From: Salinispira sp.
Lineage (GTDB): Bacteria; Spirochaetota; Spirochaetia; DSM-27196; Salinispiraceae
NCBI GenBank assembly: GCA_965226555.1
Contig: CBDDDG010000002.1
Span: forward strand, 32,001 to 96,000
Direction: 5' to 3'
Length of the DNA stretch: 64,000 bases
Positions 9,726-21,199 of the stretch are shown piece after piece (within the stretch, counting starts at the first letter, position 1; each line of letters starts with the position of its first letter). The translations under genes and the position numbers were made by a program. The notes beneath the pieces were generated by a model. That model was not told the DNA's origin. It did not search any database and saw nothing but the letters and a program-made list of their open reading frames with translations.

Positions 9726-10457
9726 TCAATGACCCAGAGCTGAATCGGCATTAATGACGGCGCCGTTTATTGCGGCCGACTTATCGGAAATGAGGAATTC
9801 AACAATATCGGCTATTGTTTCGGGATCCTGCAGCAGGCCTCGGTTCTGCAGAATGTTCAGCGTTGTTTCGCTGTAATACTCGGTTTTCACGTATCCCGGG
9901 CATATGAGGTTTACCGTTACGCCCTGTTTCCCGAATTCGATGCCTGCCGAGCGCACCAAGCTGTTCAGGGCATATTTTGCGGCGCTGTAGGCTGCAATGC
10001 GCCGATACGAACCGTGCCGATCGGTACCGGTGCCGCCAAAAATTACTATTCTCCCCCAATTCCGTTCGGCCATGCGGGGAGCCAGCGCGGTTACAAGAAT
10101 AGAGGGTAAAAGTACATTCATATCGAACAGGTATTCATACTGCGTATGACTCATATCAGCAAGACTCGCCTCCAAAAAGGGTCCGAAACCAATAACGGCA
10201 ATATCAATCTGATCTTCATACACACGGATCATATTGATAAGCTCATAAATATCGGAACGGTTCATAAGCTCCTTTGTTATTTTTATGGTGCCGCTGCCAA
10301 GATGCTTTACCAATGCGTTGAGCTTCGTTTCGCTTTTTCCGTGAACAAACAGCCGGTACCCTCGGGAAGATATCCGCATACTTACCTCACGTCCAATTCC
10401 GCCGCTCGCGCCGATAATAAGGCATCCTTTCCTATCCATGTAATTCCCCAATACCAA
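9726..10457 (-). CDS. SDR-family oxidoreductase
   Basis: GASGGIG, YSAAK, ICPGYVKT. Confidence 0.9.
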   Translation of the reverse strand: MVLGNYMDRKGCLIIGASGGIGREVSMRISSRGYRLFVHGKSETKLNALVKHLGSGTIKITKELMNRSDIYELINMIRVYEDQIDIAVIGFGPFLEASLADMSHTQYEYLFDMNVLLPSILVTALAPRMAERNWGRIVIFGGTGTDRHGSYRRIAAYSAAKYALNSLVRSAGIEFGKQGVTVNLICPGYVKTEYYSETTLNILQNRGLLQDPETIADIVEFLISDKSAAINGAVINADSALGH

Positions 10458-10500
10458 TGGCTTTCTTCTTGACCATTCACTGTACGGATTTTATCATGAG

Positions 10501-10974
10501 ATGAGCGGAGGCACAGCACATATGCGCGGTATTACACTCATTTTTCTGAATGCTCTCGGCATGAGCGGTTTGCTGAATTTCATAGCCGGAATTCTTATAG
10601 TTGGTTTTATTCTTCTTGCAGACAGCGTTTTGCTCCTTATTCTCTCCACCTACACCGGCGGCATTATTGCCCTCAGCATTAATGCCGGCAGTTCTCTGCT
10701 GGGAGCGCTATTCGCGGGCAGCAGCTTCAGAAAATATAGTATTTCAGCCATTGGAAAAATTCATGTTGGTATATATCCGGAAAAGGAGTTTATTCACCTT
10801 GGTTCCCTGTTCATAAGCCTTACCGCAGCAACACTTCCGGGGTTGTTTAGTTTATTAATTAGTATTGTACTGTACATTCCCTTCATTCGAAAAACCGCCG
10901 GATGGCTACTCCACCGGAAATTCAGTAAAGAATTTGGAGAAGTATATAATTACTGCCGAATGGCAGAAGAATGA
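10501..10974 (+). CDS. FxsA-like membrane protein
   Basis: Hydrophobic; LPGLFSLLISIVLYIPFIR resembles FxsA PG...P.R motif. Confidence 0.55.
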   Translation: MSGGTAHMRGITLIFLNALGMSGLLNFIAGILIVGFILLADSVLLLILSTYTGGIIALSINAGSSLLGALFAGSSFRKYSISAIGKIHVGIYPEKEFIHLGSLFISLTAATLPGLFSLLISIVLYIPFIRKTAGWLLHRKFSKEFGEVYNYCRMAEE

Positions 10975-12425
10975 CCGACAATATCTCTATTCTCAATAAT
11001 GGATTCAACCTGATTTTCCCGGATCAGGTTCACAGCTTCCTGAAGAAGTACGTCATATTCCAGATCAAAAACCGATATCGTACTGAGCCGTGTTTCGATC
11101 CTCATGGTGATGAGCCGTTTTAATGCGCGATCATTAACGGTAAATTCTTCCGCGCGAAGATCTGTTATAAAGGAATTTATCTGACCTGCAGTCGGATCAT
11201 TATTGACCCCGTCAAGAAATTCATCAATTTTTCCTTCTCCCTGAATGGCAAAAATAGATTTTTCTTCATCTTCACTGAGTTCATATTCTTTAACAACGAT
11301 ATCCGGTGAAATACCAACATCATCAATGAAAATTCTGTCGGGAGTATAGTATTTTGCCATGGTGAGCCTGAACCCCCCGTCTCCTATTCTTCTGATCTGC
11401 TGAACCGATCCCTTTCCGAAGCTGGTTTCACCAACAAGAGCGGCCTTATCTCTGTCTTTAAGAGCTCCCGCAAGAATTTCGGCAGCGCTGGCTGTTCCCG
11501 CATTGATCAGCACCACAAGCTGCGCATCATCTTCCACACTCGTGCCCTGTTTGGCATGGAAGGTCTGATTTTCATCTTCAATTCTGCCGGCGGTACCAAC
11601 AACCAGTCCATCATCAAAGAAAAGATCGGCAGTATCTATGGCCGCAGTGAGTAGTCCGCCCGGATTTGTTCGGAGATCAATGATCATGTTCCGATATCCC
11701 TGAGATCGCAAATCCTGAATTGCCGCGTCAACCTTTTCTGCCGTAAGCGGAGTAAATTGTATAATTCGCAGATACGCAATGTCATCCTGCACACCGCCGT
11801 AGCGGACTGTGGGAATTTCAATAATGGCCCGTTCTACATTGATCTCGAAAGTATTTTTCAGATTACGCAGAATAGTAATGTGCACCACCGTCCCGGGGAC
11901 TCCCCGCAGCCTGTTTACGACCTCATCAATGCTCAAATCTACCGTCGGCTCATCTTCTATCGCGATAATAAAATCGCGGGGACGGAGCCCCGCCCTGAAG
12001 GCCGGAGTTCCCTCAATAGGTGAAACAACCTCAACCCATTCCTGAATTTCCGGCCGATCATCTGTCGGTATCGCCTTATTAATATACAATCCAACACCGC
12101 CGAACTCACCGCTTGTTGTATCGGTCAGAGAGCGTAAATCTATCTCATCAAGATAGGCAGAATAGGGGTCTTCAAGACTCTTAAACATTCCTTTCAAAGC
12201 GCCTTCAATGAGTACTTCAGGCTCTATTTCATCAACGTAGTTATCCTGAATAAATTCAAAAACCTGACGAAATGAATCCAGAAGCTCATTACTTTCAACA
12301 TCAGCCGAACCCTTCGCATAAATAAGCGGCGAAAAAAAGAACAAAGCACTTAATACCAGAACTGCAATAATTGAACAGAGCACATAAAATTTATTATTCC
12401 AAGACGATTCCATACATACCACCAA
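10950..12425 (-). CDS. S41A carboxyl-terminal processing protease (PDZ)
   Basis: LEDPYS, GVGLYI, DLRTNPGGLL, TASAAEILAGAL, SFGKGSVQ. Confidence 0.95.
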   Translation of the reverse strand: MVVCMESSWNNKFYVLCSIIAVLVLSALFFFSPLIYAKGSADVESNELLDSFRQVFEFIQDNYVDEIEPEVLIEGALKGMFKSLEDPYSAYLDEIDLRSLTDTTSGEFGGVGLYINKAIPTDDRPEIQEWVEVVSPIEGTPAFRAGLRPRDFIIAIEDEPTVDLSIDEVVNRLRGVPGTVVHITILRNLKNTFEINVERAIIEIPTVRYGGVQDDIAYLRIIQFTPLTAEKVDAAIQDLRSQGYRNMIIDLRTNPGGLLTAAIDTADLFFDDGLVVGTAGRIEDENQTFHAKQGTSVEDDAQLVVLINAGTASAAEILAGALKDRDKAALVGETSFGKGSVQQIRRIGDGGFRLTMAKYYTPDRIFIDDVGISPDIVVKEYELSEDEEKSIFAIQGEGKIDEFLDGVNNDPTAGQINSFITDLRAEEFTVNDRALKRLITMRIETRLSTISVFDLEYDVLLQEAVNLIRENQVESIIENRDIVGHSSAIRQ

Positions 12426-12539
12426 TATGTTAATATACTAAAATATAGGAGAAAGTTTTGCAACAATTAAAACTTTCGAATGGAAGAATAGCACACATTG
12501 TGCCATACTACCAATAAACACACTCCAGAGGATGACACT

Positions 12540-13469
12540 ATGCCCCTTTATGTACATTACCCCACATGGATACAGCCGCAGATAATACCGGGTATTCCGG
12601 TGTACTGGTACGGATTCATGTACATTGCCGCGTTCATTACTACCTATCTTCTCTTTACGTATCAGGTAAAGCAGGGAGATTTGCAGGCTGATAAGGACGA
12701 TGTACTCATTATGTTTCTCTGGATTGTTATTCCCGCCCTTCTCATGGCGCGAATATTTGCAACAACCATTTATGATCCGACAGGGAAATTCCTCCGTATG
12801 CCATGGCTTATTTTCTGGCCCTTCGACAATGAAATGAATTTTACCGGATTCCAAGGAATGAGTTTCTTTGGGGGGCTTACCGGAGGAATTATCGGTGCCC
12901 TTCTCTGGCAACGGAAGTATAAGAAAGATGTGCTCACATGGAGCGATGCCTTTGTTCAGGGTTTGCCGCTCGGCTATACCTTCGGACGGCTGGGAAATTT
13001 CATTAACGCGGAATTATATGGAAGAATTACCAGTTCTCCCATCGGCATGCTCTTTCCAAACGCTCATCAGGTTCCAGTCGATGATCCCACTGCTCAGCAG
13101 ATCATTCAGGAACTGAACATTCCACTGGCCATAGGACAGTTTACGGTCAATTTGCCGCGTCATCCAAGCCAGCTTTATGAAGCATTCGCAGAGGGAATTC
13201 TTCTCTGGATAATTCTCTGGTTTATTGTACGGCCGAGAAAGCCCTTTAAGGGTTTCAGCACTGCCTGTTATATTATTGGGTATAGTGTTGCGCGCTTTGT
13301 GGTAGAATTTTTCAGAGAGCTTGATGAAGGTTTCGGGTTTTACACAGCCTTTAATTTGAGTCTTGGGCAGATATTTTGTCTTCTGGGCATTCTTGCCGGT
13401 ATTGTTCTCATGATTATCGCCGGCAACATTCACAAAAAGCGGCCGAAGGTAAAAACCTTCAGTAGCTGA
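12540..13469 (+). CDS. lgt: Prolipoprotein diacylglyceryl transferase
   Basis: WYGFMY, GMSFFGG, GRLGNFINAELYGR, RHPSQLYE. Confidence 0.95.
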   Translation: MPLYVHYPTWIQPQIIPGIPVYWYGFMYIAAFITTYLLFTYQVKQGDLQADKDDVLIMFLWIVIPALLMARIFATTIYDPTGKFLRMPWLIFWPFDNEMNFTGFQGMSFFGGLTGGIIGALLWQRKYKKDVLTWSDAFVQGLPLGYTFGRLGNFINAELYGRITSSPIGMLFPNAHQVPVDDPTAQQIIQELNIPLAIGQFTVNLPRHPSQLYEAFAEGILLWIILWFIVRPRKPFKGFSTACYIIGYSVARFVVEFFRELDEGFGFYTAFNLSLGQIFCLLGILAGIVLMIIAGNIHKKRPKVKTFSS

Positions 13470-15763
13470 TATATCCCCATGAAAAGAAACAGAGAAAGTG
13501 CGAGAAAAACAATATAATAATCGCCAAAGCGTGTGTACAGGGTAGTACCCGCATTCCGATTCACGGGAATGTCTGCCGCAACAGCAGCCGGAACATATGC
13601 GGGGAGTTCAACAATAACCCGGCCCATGGGGTCTACGACTGCCGTCATACCGCTGGCCGTACTCCTGAGTACATAGCGGCGGTTCTCCACCGACCTGAAC
13701 AAGGCCGCCGCAAAATGCTGCTTTGCTGCGACTTCAGTAAGGCTCCAGTAATCGTTACTCATGTTCAAAATGACTTCTGTACCGGCGAGAACAAACCTGC
13801 GCACTTCATCGGGAAAACTGTCTTCAAAACATATGGGAGTTGAAAAGCTCAATTTAGGGTGCTCAAAAACGACCCTCTCAATACCCGGCTCCCAGAAATG
13901 AACATCAAATTCTTTGAGCAGATTATATACACTAGGCAGTATCTCCCGATAGGGAAAATACTCAGTAAACGGCACAAGCTTTATTTTGTGGTACGTTTCG
14001 GTTCGCTCTCCCTCCGGGGAAAAGAGAATGGCCGCGTTGTAGCTCCGTCTTTCTTCACGGCCATCTTCATTGATATGTATGCGGTAATCATCGTTGCCGG
14101 TGAGAAGCCAGTTATTCATATTCTTTTGATAGTCGAGCATTCGCTGAACCACCCCTACCAATCGATGATTCGGATCCTGACCTTCTGCCCCCCAGCGGGC
14201 AATGTTCGGCACAAATGCCGTTTCACTCCATGCCACAAGATCAACATCGGGCACGGTCGATATAATTCCATCGCTCAGGGCAATGAGATTATCCAGAGTT
14301 TGTTCATAATCGTGCTTGTGGGGATCAGAATTCTGCTGTACAAGGGCAACGCGGACAGTATTTTCAGGAACAGCAGCGCTGGGCATGGCGCTGGGCGCGG
14401 CGCTGGGAGCGACATTGGGCGCGGCGCTGGGCGCGGCGCTGGGCGGATAGTGGGTAATAATGCCGGCATCGGGTTTCAGCTCAATGACGGCCTGCTGCTC
14501 TGCTTCGCGGGGGTTATTCAGCAGGAATATCAATCCCATAATATGTATGAGAGCCGTTATTCCGAAAATGAAAACTGCGGGAATTTTCCAGACCCTTCTG
14601 AAAGGAGATGGAAAACAGAAAAATGCGCTCACTATTCCATTAACCAGATATAAGAGATGGCTCATACCCCACATGCCGGTAATAGAACCTATTTGTATAA
14701 ATGCAAGATTGCGCCACTGACTATGCGCCATCAGCGTCCATGGGTAGGCGGCAAAGCCCTGAGTTTTTACCCAGTCGAAGATGGTCCATACCGCGCCGTA
14801 CACGAGTACAAAAAACACTATGTGGAGTGCCGGTTTGTCGGGATATTTCAGCTCGAAACGTCGGAGCCCCCATTCAAAAAACCAGAGAATAAGAAAAAAC
14901 AGCAGTCCGTACACTGCCATAAAAATTATCAGTACCTGAAGACTCACAAGACTGAAGGTTCCCAGCCAATAATTCCGGATAAGCAGTGAAAGAAACATCC
15001 AGAGCAGACCGTAAAAAAGGAATCGCTTAAAGCTGCTCTTTCTCAGAACAAAAAACAATGGCACCAGACTGATCCACGCAAGCGCCCCGAAACCATTCGC
15101 GCTCAGTACCGAGGGAAAGCTGAAGGCATGCATAAGAGCTGAACCAACAACAAGACCCATATGCCTGAGTATCCGCCCGCAGGCCCTTCGCTTCCGGCCC
15201 CTGTCTACAACAGTGAGCAGGGAAAGCGCCGCGGGAAATACCAGCAGGTACAGACCATACTGCAGTAAAACCTCAATCCGCTCCGTTCGTGTATCTATAG
15301 CAAGGTTGAGGTTTCCACTGCTGGCGATAAAGCGCTGAACATAGTCCATATTTGCCGCCAGTGCAAAAATATAGAAAAACAGGAAAACAATGAGCGAAAA
15401 TGCAAATAGCAGCTCACATATGAAAAAGGGCTGCCCCTGCGCATCATCGGAAAACTGCTCTGCTTCTCTGCTTGTTTTTCTGCTTTTTTCTCTGGTTATT
15501 CTTCTGATTTTTTTGCTGATTTTTCTTTTCCAACGTTTGCGAATGTTCTCTGCCATGCGCGCAGCGTTTGTAACGGCATACGTATTTCCGTTTATCTGCT
15601 TTCTGGATGTGAACAGAAAAAACATACCGGCTGCACTATGCAGCGCAGCAAGGAGAAAAACCATAATGTCGCCTGAGGCAAGGTTCACCGGCATTCCCTG
15701 CACAAGAAGGAAGAGTGAAAGAGAAAAAAGAGCTGTGCCTATGTAAAGAAATGACAGTATCAT
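13430..15763 (-). CDS. lnt: Apolipoprotein N-acyltransferase with long N-terminal membrane extension
   Basis: WSETAF, YHKIKLVPFTEY, PICFEDSF, NMSNDYW, RSVENRR. Confidence 0.9.
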   Translation of the reverse strand: MILSFLYIGTALFSLSLFLLVQGMPVNLASGDIMVFLLAALHSAAGMFFLFTSRKQINGNTYAVTNAARMAENIRKRWKRKISKKIRRITREKSRKTSREAEQFSDDAQGQPFFICELLFAFSLIVFLFFYIFALAANMDYVQRFIASSGNLNLAIDTRTERIEVLLQYGLYLLVFPAALSLLTVVDRGRKRRACGRILRHMGLVVGSALMHAFSFPSVLSANGFGALAWISLVPLFFVLRKSSFKRFLFYGLLWMFLSLLIRNYWLGTFSLVSLQVLIIFMAVYGLLFFLILWFFEWGLRRFELKYPDKPALHIVFFVLVYGAVWTIFDWVKTQGFAAYPWTLMAHSQWRNLAFIQIGSITGMWGMSHLLYLVNGIVSAFFCFPSPFRRVWKIPAVFIFGITALIHIMGLIFLLNNPREAEQQAVIELKPDAGIITHYPPSAAPSAAPNVAPSAAPSAMPSAAVPENTVRVALVQQNSDPHKHDYEQTLDNLIALSDGIISTVPDVDLVAWSETAFVPNIARWGAEGQDPNHRLVGVVQRMLDYQKNMNNWLLTGNDDYRIHINEDGREERRSYNAAILFSPEGERTETYHKIKLVPFTEYFPYREILPSVYNLLKEFDVHFWEPGIERVVFEHPKLSFSTPICFEDSFPDEVRRFVLAGTEVILNMSNDYWSLTEVAAKQHFAAALFRSVENRRYVLRSTASGMTAVVDPMGRVIVELPAYVPAAVAADIPVNRNAGTTLYTRFGDYYIVFLALSLFLFMGIYQLLKVFTFGRFL
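14376..14444 (-). repeat. 12-bp coding repeat (PSAA)x~5 inside lnt
   Basis: gcgctgggcgcg units; PPSAAPSAAPNVAPSAAPSAMPSAA. Confidence 0.8.
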
Positions 15764-15766
15764 GTA

Positions 15767-17623
15767 CTAGAGAATTTTACGCAACTCTTCAAGTCCCTCA
15801 TCGTTCATAACACTGTCAATGATCTTTCGTCCCAGCGGATCAAGTTCAGGCCTGAGGTACTGCTCCAGTTCCTTTTTAAAGAAGGCTGTGAGAATTTTTG
15901 CGCCTGCATCGTATCCTGCCTTTCCAACTTCTATCTGATCCTGCACCTGAAGAAGTGTATGGGGCAAAAATTGACCGTTTACTCTCAATGAGGGAAGAGT
16001 ATAGCCGAGAAGAGGACAGCGGCTTTCAATTACCTGCTGCTTTCGAAAATTCAATGAACCGCGGCGGGCAACGTATTCCCGGACAATCCATTCGGGTTTA
16101 AAACCAACATAATACGCGCCGATGTATTGGTTGGGTATGAGAATATGCTTAGTATTAGGGGTATTCTTTATAATTTCAAGCAGTATGTTTGCATGATTTA
16201 CCCGCTTTCCTGTTGCAAATGGCCAGTATGAACCAACACCCTCACTCATCAGCCCCTTACTTCCAACAATACTTGGATTCGCATGACCACGGGGTGCGAC
16301 AAGCCGCCAAAGCCAGCTGAGGGCAGACGGAAGAATGTGTATCATTCCGATAATGCCGTAGTTCGGCTGATCTTCGGTAGTTGGCGGTGTTCTCACACCG
16401 AAGCTTCGGACATCCACCCGAACCTTGCCGTTGACCGTGTTTGGAACATACTCCCGGGGCATGATAACACGGGGATTCGGACAGGGCTTACCGGGTCCAT
16501 CCATCGTATGTTCCCAGATCAGAGCGGTTGCTCCGGGATTCCCATCAATGTTAAGAAAAATGAGAGGATGCGGGGGACTTATGCAGAGTTTTTCCAGCTG
16601 CGGTTCCTTACCGTATTCATTCAAATGGTCGACCCGAAGAAACCAGGCATTTTCCGCATCTGAAATGACAAGCTTACCGTTCTTCGGCGGGTGGGCTATG
16701 GCCATATCATCTGCGATGGGATGCAGCTCGCAGGTATCGCTGAGTTCAATATAAAAGTCATCTCTGGTAATGATATTACGGGCAACAAGAATTCTCACAT
16801 CGGTCTCTCTGTGGAGTTCCTGAATCATCTCACTTTTTCCGCCTCCGCTTGCTCCTTCATGAAGAATAACAAATTCATTATCATAGGGAGTAATTAAACG
16901 GACTGCCGAGCTGTGAAGAGTTGTCCATCCCTCTGCCTCGCCGACGGTGAGCAATACCCCATACACACCCTTTTTTGCGCTCGGCCCGGGATACAGGTTA
17001 TAGCAAAACAGTTCATGGCAGGTATCCAAACGATTATGTACGACAACCTGTTTTCCATCAAAATGAGTATGTCTGAACGGCGGAGCAACAAATAATATGG
17101 CGCGGGGAGTAAAATTTTCAGTGACCTCCGATGCCGGAATAAAGCCCTGAAGATCGGCAAGAGCGGTTACAAAAAACCCCGCGTTGGATGGCGCAATAAG
17201 TAATGAGGGATAACTTGAATCTGCCGTACCGCTGTTAAAGGGCAAAAGAATAAGTTCGTCGAAATTCCTGAGCCAGTCCAGCGTTTCCTGCCGGGTCTCG
17301 GTAAATTCCTTGTGAAAACGTTCTCTGAAGCGGACCTTATCTGTCGGCTTATCGTCGGCAATGACCATTGCGTCAGGATCACGCCTGCGCATATATTTCT
17401 CGGTATAATTGACAGAAGCTCCGTTCTTGCAGCGGGTTACCGTTGCTTCTGGAACCCTCCCCATATTGGGGATATCGTATGCAACTTCAAAGACATCTGA
17501 ACGCCCCTGAAAGGTTAATTCAAGAAGCTGCTGCCGTGTTTCAGGAACAATAACGTTATTTTCAGTAAGAATTCTCCGAATGTCATCTGAGAGGTTTAAT
17601 TTCGATATACAATTATGATTCAT
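15767..17623 (-). CDS. DUF4914-family protein (P-loop)
   Basis: HEGASGGGKSE, LWRLVAPRGHANPSI, EGVGSYWPFATG. Confidence 0.8.
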   Translation of the reverse strand: MNHNCISKLNLSDDIRRILTENNVIVPETRQQLLELTFQGRSDVFEVAYDIPNMGRVPEATVTRCKNGASVNYTEKYMRRRDPDAMVIADDKPTDKVRFRERFHKEFTETRQETLDWLRNFDELILLPFNSGTADSSYPSLLIAPSNAGFFVTALADLQGFIPASEVTENFTPRAILFVAPPFRHTHFDGKQVVVHNRLDTCHELFCYNLYPGPSAKKGVYGVLLTVGEAEGWTTLHSSAVRLITPYDNEFVILHEGASGGGKSEMIQELHRETDVRILVARNIITRDDFYIELSDTCELHPIADDMAIAHPPKNGKLVISDAENAWFLRVDHLNEYGKEPQLEKLCISPPHPLIFLNIDGNPGATALIWEHTMDGPGKPCPNPRVIMPREYVPNTVNGKVRVDVRSFGVRTPPTTEDQPNYGIIGMIHILPSALSWLWRLVAPRGHANPSIVGSKGLMSEGVGSYWPFATGKRVNHANILLEIIKNTPNTKHILIPNQYIGAYYVGFKPEWIVREYVARRGSLNFRKQQVIESRCPLLGYTLPSLRVNGQFLPHTLLQVQDQIEVGKAGYDAGAKILTAFFKKELEQYLRPELDPLGRKIIDSVMNDEGLEELRKIL

Positions 17624-17996
17624 AGTGATTCCTCCCGTATTATATCAGACTAAAGGTTCTTTGTGTACCATGGGGTGGCTTAGTCGGCGCTGCGCGCAGG
17701 CCGAGCGGCGATAATTAATGCGATCCGTTCCGCACTGTCCGCATTTCCTCATCGCTCAGCCCGGTAATCCTCTGAACAGCCTCAGTTGACAAGCCTTCCG
17801 AAAACATACTGCGGGCCGTTTCTCGAATGCCTCTCGCCATTCCCAGCTCAAGACCTTCAACCTTGCCTCTCTCCATTCCTTCCGCAAGACCTTCAACCTT
17901 GCCTCTCTCCATTCCTTCCGCAAGACCTTCAACCCGTCCTTGGTTGACAAACCAATCACTCATCTGAACTTTTTTCATCATAACCCTTTCTCCTCC

Positions 17997-18126
17997 AGAA
18001 ACTTTTGCATTGGAAAATTGTGCAGAGCACAATTTCCAGTAGCAAAAGTTTCACATTTGGATAACTCTATGTGCTTAGCATTCTCGCATTTTGTAGAAAG
18101 TTTTGCCTGTGGCAAAACTTTGTTTC
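17997..18126. mobile_element. 130-bp palindromic element upstream of RpnS start
   Basis: Close to 35616-35745 in sequence and position. Confidence 0.8.
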
Positions 18127-18550
18127 GGGATTAATTTCCCTGTTGATTTTTTCAAAGCGTGTATCCAGTTTCAAGTCTTCATCGCCTGTCTTACTGACTT
18201 TCCGCATAATATAGCACAGGGCTCCCCCTGTCAACACAACCCCATCTGACCCACGGGTAAACTCCTCCTCACTCATCCTATTCACATCGACCATAACAGG
18301 CCTATTGAGAACCTTTGGCCTCGCAAGGTATTTTTTCATCATTGTGTACAATTTTTCCGGTATGTGTGTATGCACATCCCCTGAACTGTAGAAACTGAGA
18401 TCTCCTTCCCATAGTGCTTCGCCATGATACCATAGAACCAGAACAAGAAGGTCGGTCTGCGCCTGAAATGTCCTGCTGTTTATGAGGGCTTTCTGGTATT
18501 TATCGAACTGTTCGCTGACCTTCGGATCAAACATGCTTTTGTGCTCAATA

Positions 18551-18605
18551 CGAAAGTTTTGCTACTGGAAATTGTGCTTGCACAATTTTCCAAGGCAAAA
18601 CTTTG
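18551..18605. mobile_element. 55-bp hairpin module of palindromic element
   Basis: cgaaagttttgc...gcaaaactttg; adjacent TA 18549-18550. Confidence 0.8.
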
Positions 18606-18996
18606 TCTTAAACGCAATATCATGGATATTGTATCCGGCATTACTCATACATACCTCCTGTTATATCTATAACGGGTAAACTGTCATTTTTAACTATGTT
18701 TTTTGAGAAAATTTGAAAGAATTTTGCAAAATGTGTGAATTTTTTTCAGGGAGACAGGAATGGGGGGCTGATGTGCTCTGAGTCGATGCGCTCTATGCTC
18801 CCGTGGACAATGTTCAGCGCGAGGTCTTTGTTGAAGTATGAATGGATGAAGTCCCGGAATATCTGAGGATTTTCGAAGGCATATTTCCAGCGTGTACCAT
18901 ATCGATATATTTTTCGCTCATACCATATAGACGGGTTACATATGAACGGTGAATATGAGAAATTTTTGTAATTATTTTTATTATTTTGAGATATTA

Positions 18997-19093
18997 CAAA
19001 GTTTTGCATTGAAAATTGTGCTTGCACAATTTCCAGGAGCAAAACTTTCTATGAAATAGGAGAATGCTAAGCACAAAGACAGCATTCCAAATG
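18997..19093. mobile_element. Palindromic element copy within Rpn leader
   Basis: Hairpin + spacer module; absent from equivalent leader at 34520-34560. Confidence 0.75.
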
Positions 19094-19210
19094 GGATATT
19101 AGCCTGATCCTGCCGCATGGCGAGCCGGGCGACATGAGGGCAAGAGCGAGCAGCCCCGCGCCTGCCTGAGTTGACTTGCCATTTTTCAATAACTACTGCG
19201 GGTTATGAAA

Positions 19211-20929
19211 CTACTCTACAAACCATGACGGAATCAGATCACCTGTTACGCCGGAACCTGCGAACATATTTGTTTTGATTCCGGTATATGTGCCATTGTT
19301 CCAGTTAGCATTGTTCCAGTAAACCGCAGGATCAACCGAGTTATTCCATGCCCACTTCTCAAGATCTTGATTGAATGCGCTTGCGTTCTGGAACATCGTT
19401 CTCATACTCGTTACATTACTGACATCCCAGCCGGAGATATCGCCATTGAATGAGCTTGCGTTCTGGAACACAAATCGCATATCCGTTACCGAACTGACAT
19501 CCCAACCCGAAATATCGCCATTGAATGCGCTTGAAAAAGCGAACATAGTGCTCATAGTCATTACCTTACTGACATCCCAACCGGAAATGTTGCCATTGAA
19601 TGCGGATGCAAATACGAACATCCCCGCCATATCCTCTACCGAACTGACATCCCAGCGTGAAATATCGCCATTGAATGCGCTTGCAGCATCGAACATCCGA
19701 TGCATAATCGTTACCGCGCCAGTATCCCAGAGTGAGATATCGCCATTGAATGCGGTTGCGTCCTTGAACACATTGGACATAATCGTTACTGCCGAGGTAA
19801 TAATGTAGTTGAGATCGGCAGTATTGCCCCAAGCTGTTATTCCCGCAGTTACCGCGGCGTCCAGTGCAGCGTTATCAGCAGGACTCACGGTAACGTAAAA
19901 ATACTCGGCAAACAGTATGTCTGTGCCTCCAGATTCAGTGCCATATACCAGATATGTTCCGGCTGTTGTACCCGCAGCAACCGTAACAACTCCGGTACTC
20001 GCACTAACTGCCGGAATGGTAACCCCATCGGGTGCAGTTGCGGAGGTTACCGTAATGACTCCTGATCCACTAACAGCGAGAGTGTCCGGTTGCACCGTGG
20101 TCAATGAAACGGTTGGGATCTGAGCAGCAATAATGGTCATAGCGGCAGCCGAAAGGTTTACCGTCGCTGCCGTACCCGCGGGAGTCTGTTTCGATGAAAT
20201 TATCACCAGCGTTGCCGTTGCTGGTGTAGACCAGCCGCCATTGCCCACAGCGTTAACAGCGCGCACCCGTACTTGGTAGGATGTACCGTTTGTCAGCCCG
20301 GTAATGGTGTAGCTCGTGGTACCGTCATTAATAGTGGCGATGTTATCTGTATCAGCCGTTGACCATGTGCCGGAGGCGCTTGTTCTGTGCCACACATGGT
20401 ACCCGGTAATTGCGCTGCCGCCGTTATCGGTTGGCGCAGTCCATGTGGCAATGAGCAACCCATTCCCCACTTCAAGGGTTGGAGCAGCCATGGTACCCGG
20501 CGCGGCAGGGGGCGCAGTTGACGGTGCAATAGGTGTTGCCGTGGAAGATGCCGACCAGCCGCCAGTGCCGATAGCGTTGACAGCGCGTACCTGCACGGCA
20601 TAGCTGACGCCGTTTGTCAGCTCGGTAATGGTATGGCTTGTGCCGATAATACCGGAGTTAATCCCGTCCCAGATCTCGCTGTCGACTTGTCGATAGCGCA
20701 GGTCATACGAGGTAATATCGTTGTCCGTGTTGTTCTCCTTCCACCCCCAATTCCATGTCGTAGGATCAACCCATGATGCGGTAAGTTGTCCGTTCCCTGC
20801 TTCGAGAGTTGGAACAAATATGGCAGGCGGCACTGTTATCATTGAACATCCCGAAATCAATGCAATAAAAATTGAGCAGAAAATGAAAAGGGCTACCCCC
20901 CCCCCCCAACTGTATGACGTAATTTTCAT
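19211..20929 (-). CDS. FN3 (x2) + DUF285/BspA-like repeat (x6) surface lipoprotein; G12 tract in frame
   Basis: Lipobox LISGC; 25-aa [15 protein letters not shown] repeats. Confidence 0.9.
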   Translation of the reverse strand: MKITSYSWGGGVALFIFCSIFIALISGCSMITVPPAIFVPTLEAGNGQLTASWVDPTTWNWGWKENNTDNDITSYDLRYRQVDSEIWDGINSGIIGTSHTITELTNGVSYAVQVRAVNAIGTGGWSASSTATPIAPSTAPPAAPGTMAAPTLEVGNGLLIATWTAPTDNGGSAITGYHVWHRTSASGTWSTADTDNIATINDGTTSYTITGLTNGTSYQVRVRAVNAVGNGGWSTPATATLVIISSKQTPAGTAATVNLSAAAMTIIAAQIPTVSLTTVQPDTLAVSGSGVITVTSATAPDGVTIPAVSASTGVVTVAAGTTAGTYLVYGTESGGTDILFAEYFYVTVSPADNAALDAAVTAGITAWGNTADLNYIITSAVTIMSNVFKDATAFNGDISLWDTGAVTIMHRMFDAASAFNGDISRWDVSSVEDMAGMFVFASAFNGNISGWDVSKVMTMSTMFAFSSAFNGDISGWDVSSVTDMRFVFQNASSFNGDISGWDVSNVTSMRTMFQNASAFNQDLEKWAWNNSVDPAVYWNNANWNNGTYTGIKTNMFAGSGVTGDLIPSWFVE

Positions 20930-21087
20930 TATTTTGCCTCCTTCAGCTAAAATAAGTAGTAGCTGAAAGCAGTATACATGATCATACTCTTTTTTGCACG
21001 CAAAATGAGCAAAATCTCCCCAAAATATGCTGTCAAAATCCCGTCAAAAAAAATTTCTGGGAAGTTCTGTTTGCAAAAATCTCATAG

Positions 21088-21116
21088 TTGACAAATGTCC
21101 GTCATTCCTTTAGAAT
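21088..21116 (+). promoter_or_regulatory. sigma70 promoter for carD
   Basis: TTGACA-N17-TAGAAT. Confidence 0.7.
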
Positions 21117-21199
21117 GATGTAATTGGGAATTTTTACGTGTGCCTTCGTGTATGCAAAAATTTCATACAGGTATATCTGTGAGAGGGAGAATGTGAACA

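Larger units (their letters stand above)
17715..18648 (-). pseudogene. Rpn-family nuclease type C, internally deleted, two palindromic inserts; C-terminal RpnS-like ORF 17981-17715 intact
   Basis: HDIAFK-[55-bp hairpin with TAG]-IEHKS, LWYHG, FEKINRE, EGMERGKVEG repeats. Confidence 0.8.

Noticed and set aside
13430..13469. 40-bp convergent overlap of lgt and lnt as a regulatory system
   Set aside because: Short 3' overlaps are common; no further evidence.
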